From: an uncultured Micromonosporaceae bacterium
Lineage (GTDB): Bacteria; Actinomycetota; Actinomycetes; Mycobacteriales; Micromonosporaceae
Length of the DNA stretch: 64,000 nt
Direction of reading: 5' to 3'
Assembly: GCA_964645345.1 (NCBI GenBank)
Contig: CAZYCD010000002.1
Span: 27,276 to 91,275, forward strand
Within the stretch, counting starts at the first letter, position 1, and every line of letters begins with the position of its first letter. Below, piece by piece: positions 56,456 through 64,000 of the stretch. The position numbers and the translations under genes were made by a program. The notes under the pieces are model-generated. The model worked only from the letters and a program-made list of their open reading frames with translations. It ran no database searches and was not told where the DNA came from.

Positions 56456-58546
56456 ATGAGACGATCCGCCGGCCTTCTCGCCGTTGCCGCACTGTCCCCG
56501 GTCGTCCTGCTCGGGCCCTCGGCGTCCGCGTTCGCCGCCGAACCCGACCAGCGCGGTGACGACCTGTCCATCACGTCCGTGTCCAACCCCCGACCCGAAC
56601 TCCTCAGTGGCGGCGATGTCCTCGTGCGCATCGCGAACGCCAGCGACCCGCCAACGCTGACCGTTGACGGACGGCCGGCCGGCGCGGTACCGCACGCGCA
56701 GCCCGACGGCTCGTGGCTCGCGCTGGTCACCGGCCTGTCCACCGGCCCGCAGCGGGTCACCGCGAGCGCCGGCCACCGCCACGCCGACCTGCGGGTGGAC
56801 AACCACAGCATCAACGGCCCGGTGTTCTCCGGGCCGCAGCAGACGCCGTTCATCTGCCAGACGAAGGCGTTCGGCCTGCCGAGCGCCAACCCGCCGCTGT
56901 GCGCCGCGCCCACCCAGGTCTCGTACCTCTACAAGAACACCGCGGGATTGTTCCTCCCGCTGGCCGATCCCGCATCGCGCCCGGCCGGTCTGGCCACCGC
57001 GTTCGTCGGCGGGCGCGCCGTGCCCTACATCGTGCGCCTGGAGCAGGGCACCATCGACCGCGCGGTGTACCAGATCGCCGCGCTCGACGACGGTACAACC
57101 CCCGTGCCGTGGCGCCCGGACGCGAACTGGAACGGCCGGCTGGTCTACACGTTCGGCGGGGGCTGTGACGCCGGCTTCCACCAGGGCACCGCGACCGGTG
57201 GCGTGGTCAACGACCTGTTCCTCGCGCAGGGCTACGCGGTCGCCTCGTCCACGCTCAACGTGCTGAACAACAACTGCAGCACCATCATCTCGGCCGAGGC
57301 GGCGATGATGGTTAAGGAGCACTTCGTCGAGGAGTACGGTCCGGTCGCGCACACCATCGGCTGGGGCGGCTCGGGCGGCGCCATCCAGCAGTACGACATC
57401 GCCGACCAGTACCCGGGCATCCTGGACGGGATCGTGCCGGGCGTCTCGTTCCCGGACCCGTTCACCACCACCGGCCCGGTCACCGACTGCCGACTGCTGA
57501 ACACCTTCTTCGGGGCGGGCGGCAACGGGTTCACCGCCGCGCAGCAGTTGGCCGTGGCCGGTTTCCGGTCCTACGACAGCTGCCTGTCCTGGGACGCCAC
57601 GTTCGCCAACCGGGTCACCGCGACCGACAGCTGCGACCCGTCGATCCCGGTCGCGCTGCGCTGGGACCCGGTCACCAACCCGGACGGCGTGAAGTGCTCG
57701 GCCGCCGAGCAGTACGTGAACCAGCTCGGCCGCGACCCGCGCACCGGGTTCGCCCGGAGTCCGATGGACAACGTCGGCGTCCAGTACGGGCTGCAGGCGC
57801 TGCTCGACGGGCGGATCACCGCCCAACAGTTCGCCGACCTCAACGCCCACGTCGGCGGGTTCGACTACACCGGCAAGCTGGTACCGCAGCGGACCGAGGC
57901 CGATCCGAAGGCGCTGGCCGCGTCCTACCGCGACGACCTCGTCAACAGCGGCGGGCAGGGGCTGGCCGGTACCGCCGTCATCGACCAGCGGATCGACCTG
58001 GACCTGGCCGGATTCGGCAACGACATCCACACCACCGAGTGGTCCTATGTGATGCGCGCTCGGATGACCGCCGCCGGTACCGTCGCCAACCAGGTGATCG
58101 TCGAGAATGGACTGTCCACGGTCGTCGCCGCGAGCGTCTACGAGCTGGCCGCCATTGACCGGTGGCTGACCGCGATCGACGCGGACCACTCGCAGCGGCC
58201 GCTGTCAGTGAAGGTAGCGGCGGACAGGCCGGCGGACATCACCGACGGCTGCTTCCAGAACAGCGGCACCCTGGTGCACGAGTCGCTGAGCTACGGCGGC
58301 ACGGGTACCTGCGCCAGCCTGTTCCCGGTCGCCGCCAACACCCGGCTGGTGGCGGGCGAGCCGCTGGCCATGCCGGTACTCAAGTGCGCGCTGAAGCCGC
58401 TGGACTTCACCGGGTACCCCGTGGTGTTCACGGACGCGCAGAAGGCCGAACTGCGCGCAGCGTTCCCGACCGGCGTGTGCGACTACTCCCGGCGCGGGCC
58501 ACAGCAGCAGCGCCCGGCCGGGACGTGGCTGGACTACAGCCACTGA
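56456..58546 (+). CDS. Secreted DUF6351-like (tannase/alpha-beta hydrolase-like) protein
   Basis: Signal peptide ending ASAFA; RLEQGTIDRAVY, WNGRLVYTFGGGC, GWGGSGG nucleophile-like, DNVGVQYGL and FPTGVCDYS motifs. Confidence 0.8.
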   Translation: MRRSAGLLAVAALSPVVLLGPSASAFAAEPDQRGDDLSITSVSNPRPELLSGGDVLVRIANASDPPTLTVDGRPAGAVPHAQPDGSWLALVTGLSTGPQRVTASAGHRHADLRVDNHSINGPVFSGPQQTPFICQTKAFGLPSANPPLCAAPTQVSYLYKNTAGLFLPLADPASRPAGLATAFVGGRAVPYIVRLEQGTIDRAVYQIAALDDGTTPVPWRPDANWNGRLVYTFGGGCDAGFHQGTATGGVVNDLFLAQGYAVASSTLNVLNNNCSTIISAEAAMMVKEHFVEEYGPVAHTIGWGGSGGAIQQYDIADQYPGILDGIVPGVSFPDPFTTTGPVTDCRLLNTFFGAGGNGFTAAQQLAVAGFRSYDSCLSWDATFANRVTATDSCDPSIPVALRWDPVTNPDGVKCSAAEQYVNQLGRDPRTGFARSPMDNVGVQYGLQALLDGRITAQQFADLNAHVGGFDYTGKLVPQRTEADPKALAASYRDDLVNSGGQGLAGTAVIDQRIDLDLAGFGNDIHTTEWSYVMRARMTAAGTVANQVIVENGLSTVVAASVYELAAIDRWLTAIDADHSQRPLSVKVAADRPADITDGCFQNSGTLVHESLSYGGTGTCASLFPVAANTRLVAGEPLAMPVLKCALKPLDFTGYPVVFTDAQKAELRAAFPTGVCDYSRRGPQQQRPAGTWLDYSH

Positions 58547-58560
58547 CCGGATCGGGCGGT

Positions 58561-58587
58561 CGCCGGCCCGGCTGGTCCGGGCCGGCG
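58561..58587. terminator. Hairpin between convergent genes
   Basis: 11-bp stem CGCCGGCCCGG / CCGGGCCGGCG with a 5-nt loop. Confidence 0.5.
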
Positions 58588-58614
58588 GCCGCCGGCAGCT
58601 ACGCCGCCGGCCAG

Positions 58615-59553
58615 CTACGCAGCCGCCGGCCGCGCGACCGCGGCGAGCACCACGGCCGAGGCCAGCAGCACCGCCCCGGCCAACCCGGCGGGGCCGAGCC
58701 GGTCCCCCAGCACCAGCGCGGACAGCACCGCGCCGGTGAGCGGTTCGAGCAGCGTCATGACGGCCGCGACGACGGGGCTGATGCTGCGCAGCCCCCGGAA
58801 GTAGAGCGTGTACGCCGCGGCCGTCGGCGCGATGGCGAGCGCCAGCAGCAGGCCGAGCGCGGACGCGGCCGGCCGGAAGCCCACCCCGACGGTGAGCCCG
58901 GCGACCGGCAGCAGGACAAGGCCGCCGAGGGCGAAGCCGAAGCCGGTGGTGGCCGGGTCCCCCAGCCCCGGGACCGGCCGGGCGCCGAGCAAGCTGACGG
59001 CCGCGAAGCCGGCCGCGGCGCCGATTGCGAGGCCGGCGCTGGCCAGCGTGGCGCCGGTGCCGAACCTGCCCGACGGCACGCCGACGAGCAGGCCGAGGCC
59101 GGCCAGGGCCAGGCCGGCGGCGCCGAGGGTCCGCGGGTCGGTGCGGCGCCGCGCAGTACCGCTTCGCCGCCCGGCCAGACCCTCCAGCACGGCCACGAGT
59201 ACCGGCAGCGCCCCGATGGCCACCAGCGTTGCCAGGCTGACCGAGGTCAACGCGGCCGAGGCGAAGTAGCACGCCTGGTACCCGGCGGCCAGCGCCCCGA
59301 CGACCGCGACGCGTACCCACGCCGCCCGTCCGCGCGGCGCTCGACCGCCGCCGGCGACGAGGTACCCGATGATGAGCAGCCCACCGAGTGCCAACCGGTA
59401 CCCCGCGACGGCCACCGGGGACAGCCCGGTGTCCCGGGTCAGCAGTCGTCCGGTCGGCCCTCCGGTCCCGAGCAGCAGGCCGGACATGGTCAGGTGCAAC
59501 AGGCCGGCGGTCCGGTGGCGGGCAGCCACCAACGCCGGTTGAACGGCAGACAT
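58615..59553 (-). CDS. EamA/DMT-family transporter
   Basis: About 10 TM helices; YQACYFAS, PTAAAYTLYFRGL and LLEPLTG motifs. Confidence 0.9.
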   Translation of the reverse strand: MSAVQPALVAARHRTAGLLHLTMSGLLLGTGGPTGRLLTRDTGLSPVAVAGYRLALGGLLIIGYLVAGGGRAPRGRAAWVRVAVVGALAAGYQACYFASAALTSVSLATLVAIGALPVLVAVLEGLAGRRSGTARRRTDPRTLGAAGLALAGLGLLVGVPSGRFGTGATLASAGLAIGAAAGFAAVSLLGARPVPGLGDPATTGFGFALGGLVLLPVAGLTVGVGFRPAASALGLLLALAIAPTAAAYTLYFRGLRSISPVVAAVMTLLEPLTGAVLSALVLGDRLGPAGLAGAVLLASAVVLAAVARPAAA

Positions 59554-59667
59554 AGAATCGCGCTCCTGCGACTGGGAGGGAAGGGGTCGCGGAGGCGGGG
59601 AGGTGCCCGGCTAGGTGGTAGCGGCGCGCCTGCCGTACCGGCCCGACGCGCTCAGGTCACCGCCCCG

Positions 59668-59706
59668 CTAGGCGCGGGGAGGAGCGGCGATCGTCGGCCG
59701 GTGCAC
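59668..59706 (-). CDS. Putative leader peptide MHRPTIAAPPRA
   Basis: Leaderless GTG 7 nt after -10 TACCCT (59719-59714); a hairpin at 59563-59594 masks the EamA RBS. Confidence 0.55.
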   Translation of the reverse strand: MHRPTIAAPPRA

Positions 59707-59727
59707 GCCGTCAAGGGTACCGGCGGT

Positions 59728-60072
59728 TCAGGAGTCGGGGACCGTGAACGCCCTGCCCGGGCGCAGCATCGTTCCGGCCGGGCACCACCAGCTCATCACC
59801 TCGACCTCCAGGCGCCCGGCGCGTACCGCCGGGTCCTGCTCGGCCAGCTCCCTGCTGCGTTCGAGTGAGCCGGTCCGGTAGAACGTCAGGCCGCGCAGCC
59901 CCTCGTCCCGCTGGTCGAGCACCGGCCCGTTCGTGACCACCTCGCCGGTCTCCCGTAGCGCCGCGTGGAACGCCAGGTGCTCGCGCTGGATCCGGGCGGC
60001 GGTCTCGTCGTCGTACTCGCGCGGGCTCGCCGGACGGCGCAGCATCACCAGTTCGAAGGCTTCAAGCTCCAC
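59728..60072 (-). CDS. YCII-domain protein
   Basis: IQREHLAF, NGPV and AEQDPAVRAGRL motifs; AAGGAGG RBS; the start could be ATG 60084. Confidence 0.8.
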   Translation of the reverse strand: MELEAFELVMLRRPASPREYDDETAARIQREHLAFHAALRETGEVVTNGPVLDQRDEGLRGLTFYRTGSLERSRELAEQDPAVRAGRLEVEVMSWWCPAGTMLRPGRAFTVPDS

Positions 60073-60952
60073 GCGACGAATCATCCTCCTTTGGCGTCGC
60101 GAAGCTCGACGCGGCAGGCGCGGGGCCGGGCGCCAGGCCCGCCTCCAGCGAGCTGGCGCCGAGGGCGCTGACGCGGCCGTCGACGAAGCGGTGGTTGAGC
60201 CCGCAGACCAGCGCCGGCTGCGGCCCGCGGTGACTACCGTCCACAAGGGAGGGACCGTGCGCCGGGTCTGCCAGGTACCGCTGGCCGACGTCGCCCGCTG
60301 ACAGGTCGTCCGCCAGCGCGTTCAGGTGCCCCGCAAGCAGGCCGGTACCGACGCAGCACGCCCACAGCGGCAGCGGGAGGACTGCCAGCCGCTGCATGGA
60401 TCCGACGCCGATACCCATCGCCTGCCCGTCGAAGAACAGCAGCGCAGCCGCGATCGCCACCGTGGCCGCGGCCAGCGTCCAGGCGCGGACCCGGCCGCGG
60501 GCGGCGAGCCCGGCGACAAGCAGCCCCAGGTTGCCGACGAGCAGGACGAGCAGCTCGCCGGGGAGGTGGAGGCGCCCGTCGACGTCGGCGGGGAACGCGC
60601 CGGCCAGCACATACCCGGCGGCGGCGAGCAGCACGAGCGACTGGGCGGCGCGCGCCGCGGCGCCCCTGGCCACGGCGCCGCGCCAGCCGACCAGGATCCC
60701 GGCGGCCAGCAGCAGGCCGGTGAGGACGACCGCCGCGTTCATCGATCCGTGCCAGGGCGAGCACACGTCGCGCGGCCGCGCGGTGTCCCACACTCCACAG
60801 TGGACATTGCCGAGGTCGCCGATGGTGTCGGCGGCCCAGTCGTAGCGCGGGTCGTGCCAGCCGAGCGCCGCCAGCAGGTGGGCGGCCAGCAACAGCGGGC
60901 CGGCCACCAGCCAGCACAGTGCGCCGAGGACCGCGGGTCGGGTCAGCAGCAT
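60062..60952 (-). CDS. DUF998-like membrane protein with a non-membrane read-through C-terminal tail
   Basis: YDWAADTIGDLG, CSPWHGSMN and AFPADVD motifs with TM helices; last ~80 aa look unrelated. Confidence 0.68.
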   Translation of the reverse strand: MLLTRPAVLGALCWLVAGPLLLAAHLLAALGWHDPRYDWAADTIGDLGNVHCGVWDTARPRDVCSPWHGSMNAAVVLTGLLLAAGILVGWRGAVARGAAARAAQSLVLLAAAGYVLAGAFPADVDGRLHLPGELLVLLVGNLGLLVAGLAARGRVRAWTLAAATVAIAAALLFFDGQAMGIGVGSMQRLAVLPLPLWACCVGTGLLAGHLNALADDLSAGDVGQRYLADPAHGPSLVDGSHRGPQPALVCGLNHRFVDGRVSALGASSLEAGLAPGPAPAASSFATPKEDDSSRGA

Positions 60953-61010
60953 GACCCGAGCAGACCACCGGGTACCGGTCGGGTGCACTACCGGCAGCCC
61001 GCCGGGCGAT

Positions 61011-61028
61011 GGTAGGGCTAGGCATACC
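61011..61028. promoter_or_regulatory. 18-bp response-regulator box GGTAGGGCTAGGCATACC
   Basis: 44 nt upstream of -10 TACCGT (61073-61078) of the leaderless kinase gene. Confidence 0.6.
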
Positions 61029-61084
61029 GTCGTGGTGGCCGCAGCGGGCTGGGGCGGACCGGTACCGGCCGATACCGTGGGGCG

Positions 61085-62410
61085 ATGTCCGATCCGCAGC
61101 CCAGGTACGTGCTCGCCGCGCTGCTCCGGCCGCGCTTCCTGGTCTCCGCGTGGCCGTGGCGGTCGCTCGTCTACCTCCTCAGTACCGCGCCGATCGCGTT
61201 CGTCATCACGATCAAGTGGGGGCTGGCCGCCGCGCCCTGGGTGGCGACGGCCGAAGAACTCGGCAAGGGCCGCCGGCTCAACGGCGCCATCGTGTTCGCC
61301 ATGTTCCTCGCGGCCGGGTTCGTCGTGACGGTGGGGCCACTGGTGGCCATCCCGCTGGCGATGCTCGAACGGGCACGGCTGCTCATCGTCGACGACCGGC
61401 CCCTACGGTCCGGGCACCGGCCGGCGCCGGGTGGGCCGCTGCGCTGGCTGCGGATCCGGTACACCGAGGGTGCGACCTGGCGCGAGCTGGCCTACTCGCT
61501 GTTCCTCGCCACCGTGGTACCGCTCGCCTACGGGACCGTGGCGCTGCTGGTGCTGCTGGACCTCGCGACTATTGTCAGCCCCGGGTTCGTCGGTCGCGGC
61601 CGGGGACCCATCGAGGTCGGGTTCGTCACCGTGACCAGTGCCGGGCAGGCGGTCCCGTACGCGATCGTGGCCCTGCTCCTGCTGCCCGCCGTGCCGTACG
61701 TGCTCGGCCTGCTCGCCGCCGGCCAGGCAGCCGTCGCGCGCGCACTGCTCGGCGAGTGGGGCGGGGGTACCGCGCTGGTCGAGGTGGCCCGCTCGCGCGC
61801 CCGGCTGGTCGGCGCGTACGAGGCGGAGCGCCGCCGCCTCGAGCGCGACCTGCACGACGGCGCACAGCACCGGCTCACCAGCCTGACCTTGCAACTGGGC
61901 ATGGCCCGGCTGGACGTACCCGACGACTCCCCGGCCGCGGCGCCGCTGGCCGCGGCGCACCAGCAGGCCAAGGAGCTGATGGCAGTGCTGCGCGAGGTCA
62001 TCACCGGCATCCGTCCGCAGACCCTGACTGACCTCGGGCTGGCCGGCGCGGTACGGGAGCTGGCCGCCCGGTCGCCGGTACCGGTGACGGTCGCCGTCGG
62101 GCCCGCGTTGGCCGCCGGTGGCCGGCCGTCGGAGGCGGTGGAGACCACCGCCTACTTCGTCGCCTCCGAGGCGCTCGGTAATGTCGCCCGCCACTCCGGG
62201 GCCACGGCCGCGGAGGTGACCCTGGCCAGGGCCGGGCGCACGCTGGTGCTGGAGGTACGCGACAACGGGCGGGGCGGGGCGGACCCGGCCGCCGGTACCG
62301 GGCTGACCGGGCTGGCCGACCGGGTCGCGGCGGTCAACGGGCGGCTGCTGCTCGCCAGCCCGCCGGGCGGACCTACCCTCATGCGGGTGGAGTTGCCGTG
62401 CGACCAGTGA
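61085..62410 (+). CDS. Membrane sensor histidine kinase (HisKA_3)
   Basis: ERRRLERDLHDGAQ, ETTAYFVASEALGNVARH and DNGRGGA..GTGLTGL.DRV motifs; ends ELPCDQ. Confidence 0.93.
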   Translation: MSDPQPRYVLAALLRPRFLVSAWPWRSLVYLLSTAPIAFVITIKWGLAAAPWVATAEELGKGRRLNGAIVFAMFLAAGFVVTVGPLVAIPLAMLERARLLIVDDRPLRSGHRPAPGGPLRWLRIRYTEGATWRELAYSLFLATVVPLAYGTVALLVLLDLATIVSPGFVGRGRGPIEVGFVTVTSAGQAVPYAIVALLLLPAVPYVLGLLAAGQAAVARALLGEWGGGTALVEVARSRARLVGAYEAERRRLERDLHDGAQHRLTSLTLQLGMARLDVPDDSPAAAPLAAAHQQAKELMAVLREVITGIRPQTLTDLGLAGAVRELAARSPVPVTVAVGPALAAGGRPSEAVETTAYFVASEALGNVARHSGATAAEVTLARAGRTLVLEVRDNGRGGADPAAGTGLTGLADRVAAVNGRLLLASPPGGPTLMRVELPCDQ

Positions 62411-63099
62411 CCCCCTCGGCCACCGGTGCGGCCGCCGGCCCGCCGGCCACCGCCCGGGTGGTGCTCGCCGAGGACGGGGTGCTGCTACGCGAGGGGCTGG
62501 TCGGCGTGCTGTCCCGGTTCGGGTTCGAGGTGGTGGCCACCGTCGGTACCGCGGTGGAGCTGGTCACCGCGGTCGCGCGGCACCGGCCGGACCTGGTGGT
62601 CACCGACATCCGGATGCCGCCGGGCCAGTCGGACGAGGGGCTGCGGGCGGCCGTCGCGCTGCGCGCCGAGGACCCGGAGCTGGCCGTGGTGGTGCTCAGC
62701 CAGTACGTGCAGACGGAGTACGCCTCGGCGCTGCTGGACTCGGGCTCCGGCCGGCGCATCGGGTACCTGCTGAAGGACCGCGTCGTGGACGTCGAGGACT
62801 TCGTGACGTCACTGCGTACGGTCCTGGGCGGGGGTACCGTCGTGGACCCGGAGGTGGTACGGCAACTGATCCGCCGGCCGCGCGACCCGCTGGCCGGACT
62901 GTCCACAAGGGAGCGTGAGGTGCTGGCGCTGGTCGCCGAGGGCCACTCGAACACGGCCATCGCCAAGCGCCTGTTCGTCACGGAGGCGGCGGTCGGCAAG
63001 CACGTCGGGAACATCCTCGCGAAGCTGGGACTGCCCCCGACGGACGACGCGAACCGCCGGGTACTGGCGGTCCTGGCGTACCTGCGCGCCACCGCCTGA
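62398..63099 (+). CDS. NarL/LuxR-family response regulator
   Basis: VVLAED, DIRMPP, GYLLKDRV and LSTREREVL..VAEGHSN motifs. Confidence 0.93.
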   Translation: MRPVTPSATGAAAGPPATARVVLAEDGVLLREGLVGVLSRFGFEVVATVGTAVELVTAVARHRPDLVVTDIRMPPGQSDEGLRAAVALRAEDPELAVVVLSQYVQTEYASALLDSGSGRRIGYLLKDRVVDVEDFVTSLRTVLGGGTVVDPEVVRQLIRRPRDPLAGLSTREREVLALVAEGHSNTAIAKRLFVTEAAVGKHVGNILAKLGLPPTDDANRRVLAVLAYLRATA

Positions 63100-63173
63100 G
63101 CCGCGGGCGGATGCGCGCCGTCGTCGGCGGGGGGCCCGGCCGGGCGCCCCGCCGACGCAGCCAGGGCGCCTCA

Positions 63174-63390
63174 GCTCACGTTCACCGCGGTGTCGTCCAC
63201 GACGAACGACGTCTGCATCGTGTAGTCCTCGGCGCCGGTGAACTTCAGCGTCACCTTCTGCCCCGCGTACCCGGCGAGGCTGAACGTGCGCTGGCTGTAC
63301 CGGGTGTTGTGGTTGAGGTTCGAGTAGGTGGCCAGGATGGCGAGCACCGTGCCCGAGCTGTTGAGCACCTGCACCTTCAGGGTGGTGCTT
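63174..63390 (-). pseudogene. Orphan C-terminal fragment of a secreted peptidase-type beta-sandwich domain
   Basis: LKVQVLNSSGTVLAILATYSNLN..YSQRTFSLAGYAGQKVTLKFTGAED..QTSFVVDD with no catalytic domain or signal peptide upstream. Confidence 0.65.
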
Positions 63391-63592
63391 GACGACCACC
63401 GCAGAGGTAGCACCGCGGCAGGCCGGATCCCCTACAATAGGTAGGGAGATTTATTATCGCCAATTGCTGGGGTATTCATTCCGCGTTCGCCCGCCTGTTG
63501 GCGAAGGGTGCCGGCCAACACCCCTGCCCGGGTGCGCGTAACCGCCCGCGGCCCGGGAAGGGTACCGAGGTGGACGAAGGCGCGAGGGTCCC

Positions 63593-64000
63593 GTGAGCAA
63601 GATCCTGGAGCAGGTTCTGGGCCTGCACGGGGTTGCCGTCTACCTCGTCGTCGGCCTGCTGGTCTTCGCCGAGGACGCGCTGTTCGTCGGCTTCGTGGTA
63701 CCCGGCGAGACCGCCGCCATCCTCGGTGGCGTCGCCGCGAGCCGACACCACGCCTCGCTGCCGGTCGTCTGCGCCGTGGTCGTCATCGCCGCGATCGTCG
63801 GCGATACCGTCGGCTACGAGATCGGCGTCCGGTTCGGCCCCCGGCTGCTGTCCACCCGGGTGCTGCGCGACCGCCGCGAACGCATCGACGCCGCCCGGCG
63901 GGTACTGGCCCGCCGCGGCGGCCCGGCCGTGTTCGTCGGCCGGTTCGTCGCGTTCCTGCGCGCGGTCACGCCGTTCCTCGCCGGTACCGCCCACATGCCG
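63593..64000 (+). CDS. DedA-family membrane protein, truncated by the window end
   Basis: MSKILEQVLG..LLVFAEDALFVGFVVPGETA, AAIVGDTVGYEIG and VFVGRFVAFLR motifs. Confidence 0.88.
   Translation, partial: MSKILEQVLGLHGVAVYLVVGLLVFAEDALFVGFVVPGETAAILGGVAASRHHASLPVVCAVVVIAAIVGDTVGYEIGVRFGPRLLSTRVLRDRRERIDAARRVLARRGGPAVFVGRFVAFLRAVTPFLAGTAHMP

Overview
High-GC actinomycete DNA (Micromonosporaceae-like; strong GGTACC bias). Positions ~1.2-49.5 kb hold a lipopeptide NRPS gene cluster that I could not match to a known compound from memory. A ~29 kb minus-strand operon runs fabH-like, ACP, free-standing C domain, sbnA, sbnB, mbtH, NRPS1 (A-T-C-A-T), NRPS2 (5 modules), carbamoyltransferase, MFS. NRPS2 ends in a fused PBP/beta-lactamase-fold domain instead of a thioesterase. 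A divergent operon encodes a PLP decarboxylase fused to an ACP, two acyl-CoA dehydrogenase-like proteins, a KAS III-like protein, a hypothetical protein and a VinN-like adenylation enzyme. Accessory genes are a TauD/SyrP dioxygenase, PPTase, type II TE, YbaK, FabG, an AfsR-type SARP, MMPL and a phytoene-desaturase-like oxidoreductase. Two regulatory codes can be read from the sequence: a SARP-type heptamer repeat (TATAG core, 11-bp period, 8 nt before the -10 box) at five promoters, which delimits the cluster, and an 18-bp pseudo-palindrome 44-45 nt upstream of the -10 box at four two-component-linked promoters. The right part (49.5-64 kb) is ordinary accessory DNA: an acyl-CoA metabolism operon with a tandem TetR, an ECF42-type sigma module, a secreted DUF6351-like hydrolase, an EamA transporter with a candidate AAPP leader peptide, a second two-component system, gene remnants and a partial DedA gene. 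No rRNA, tRNA, CRISPR or IS element was seen. All assignments come from motif recognition by eye; no searches were run.
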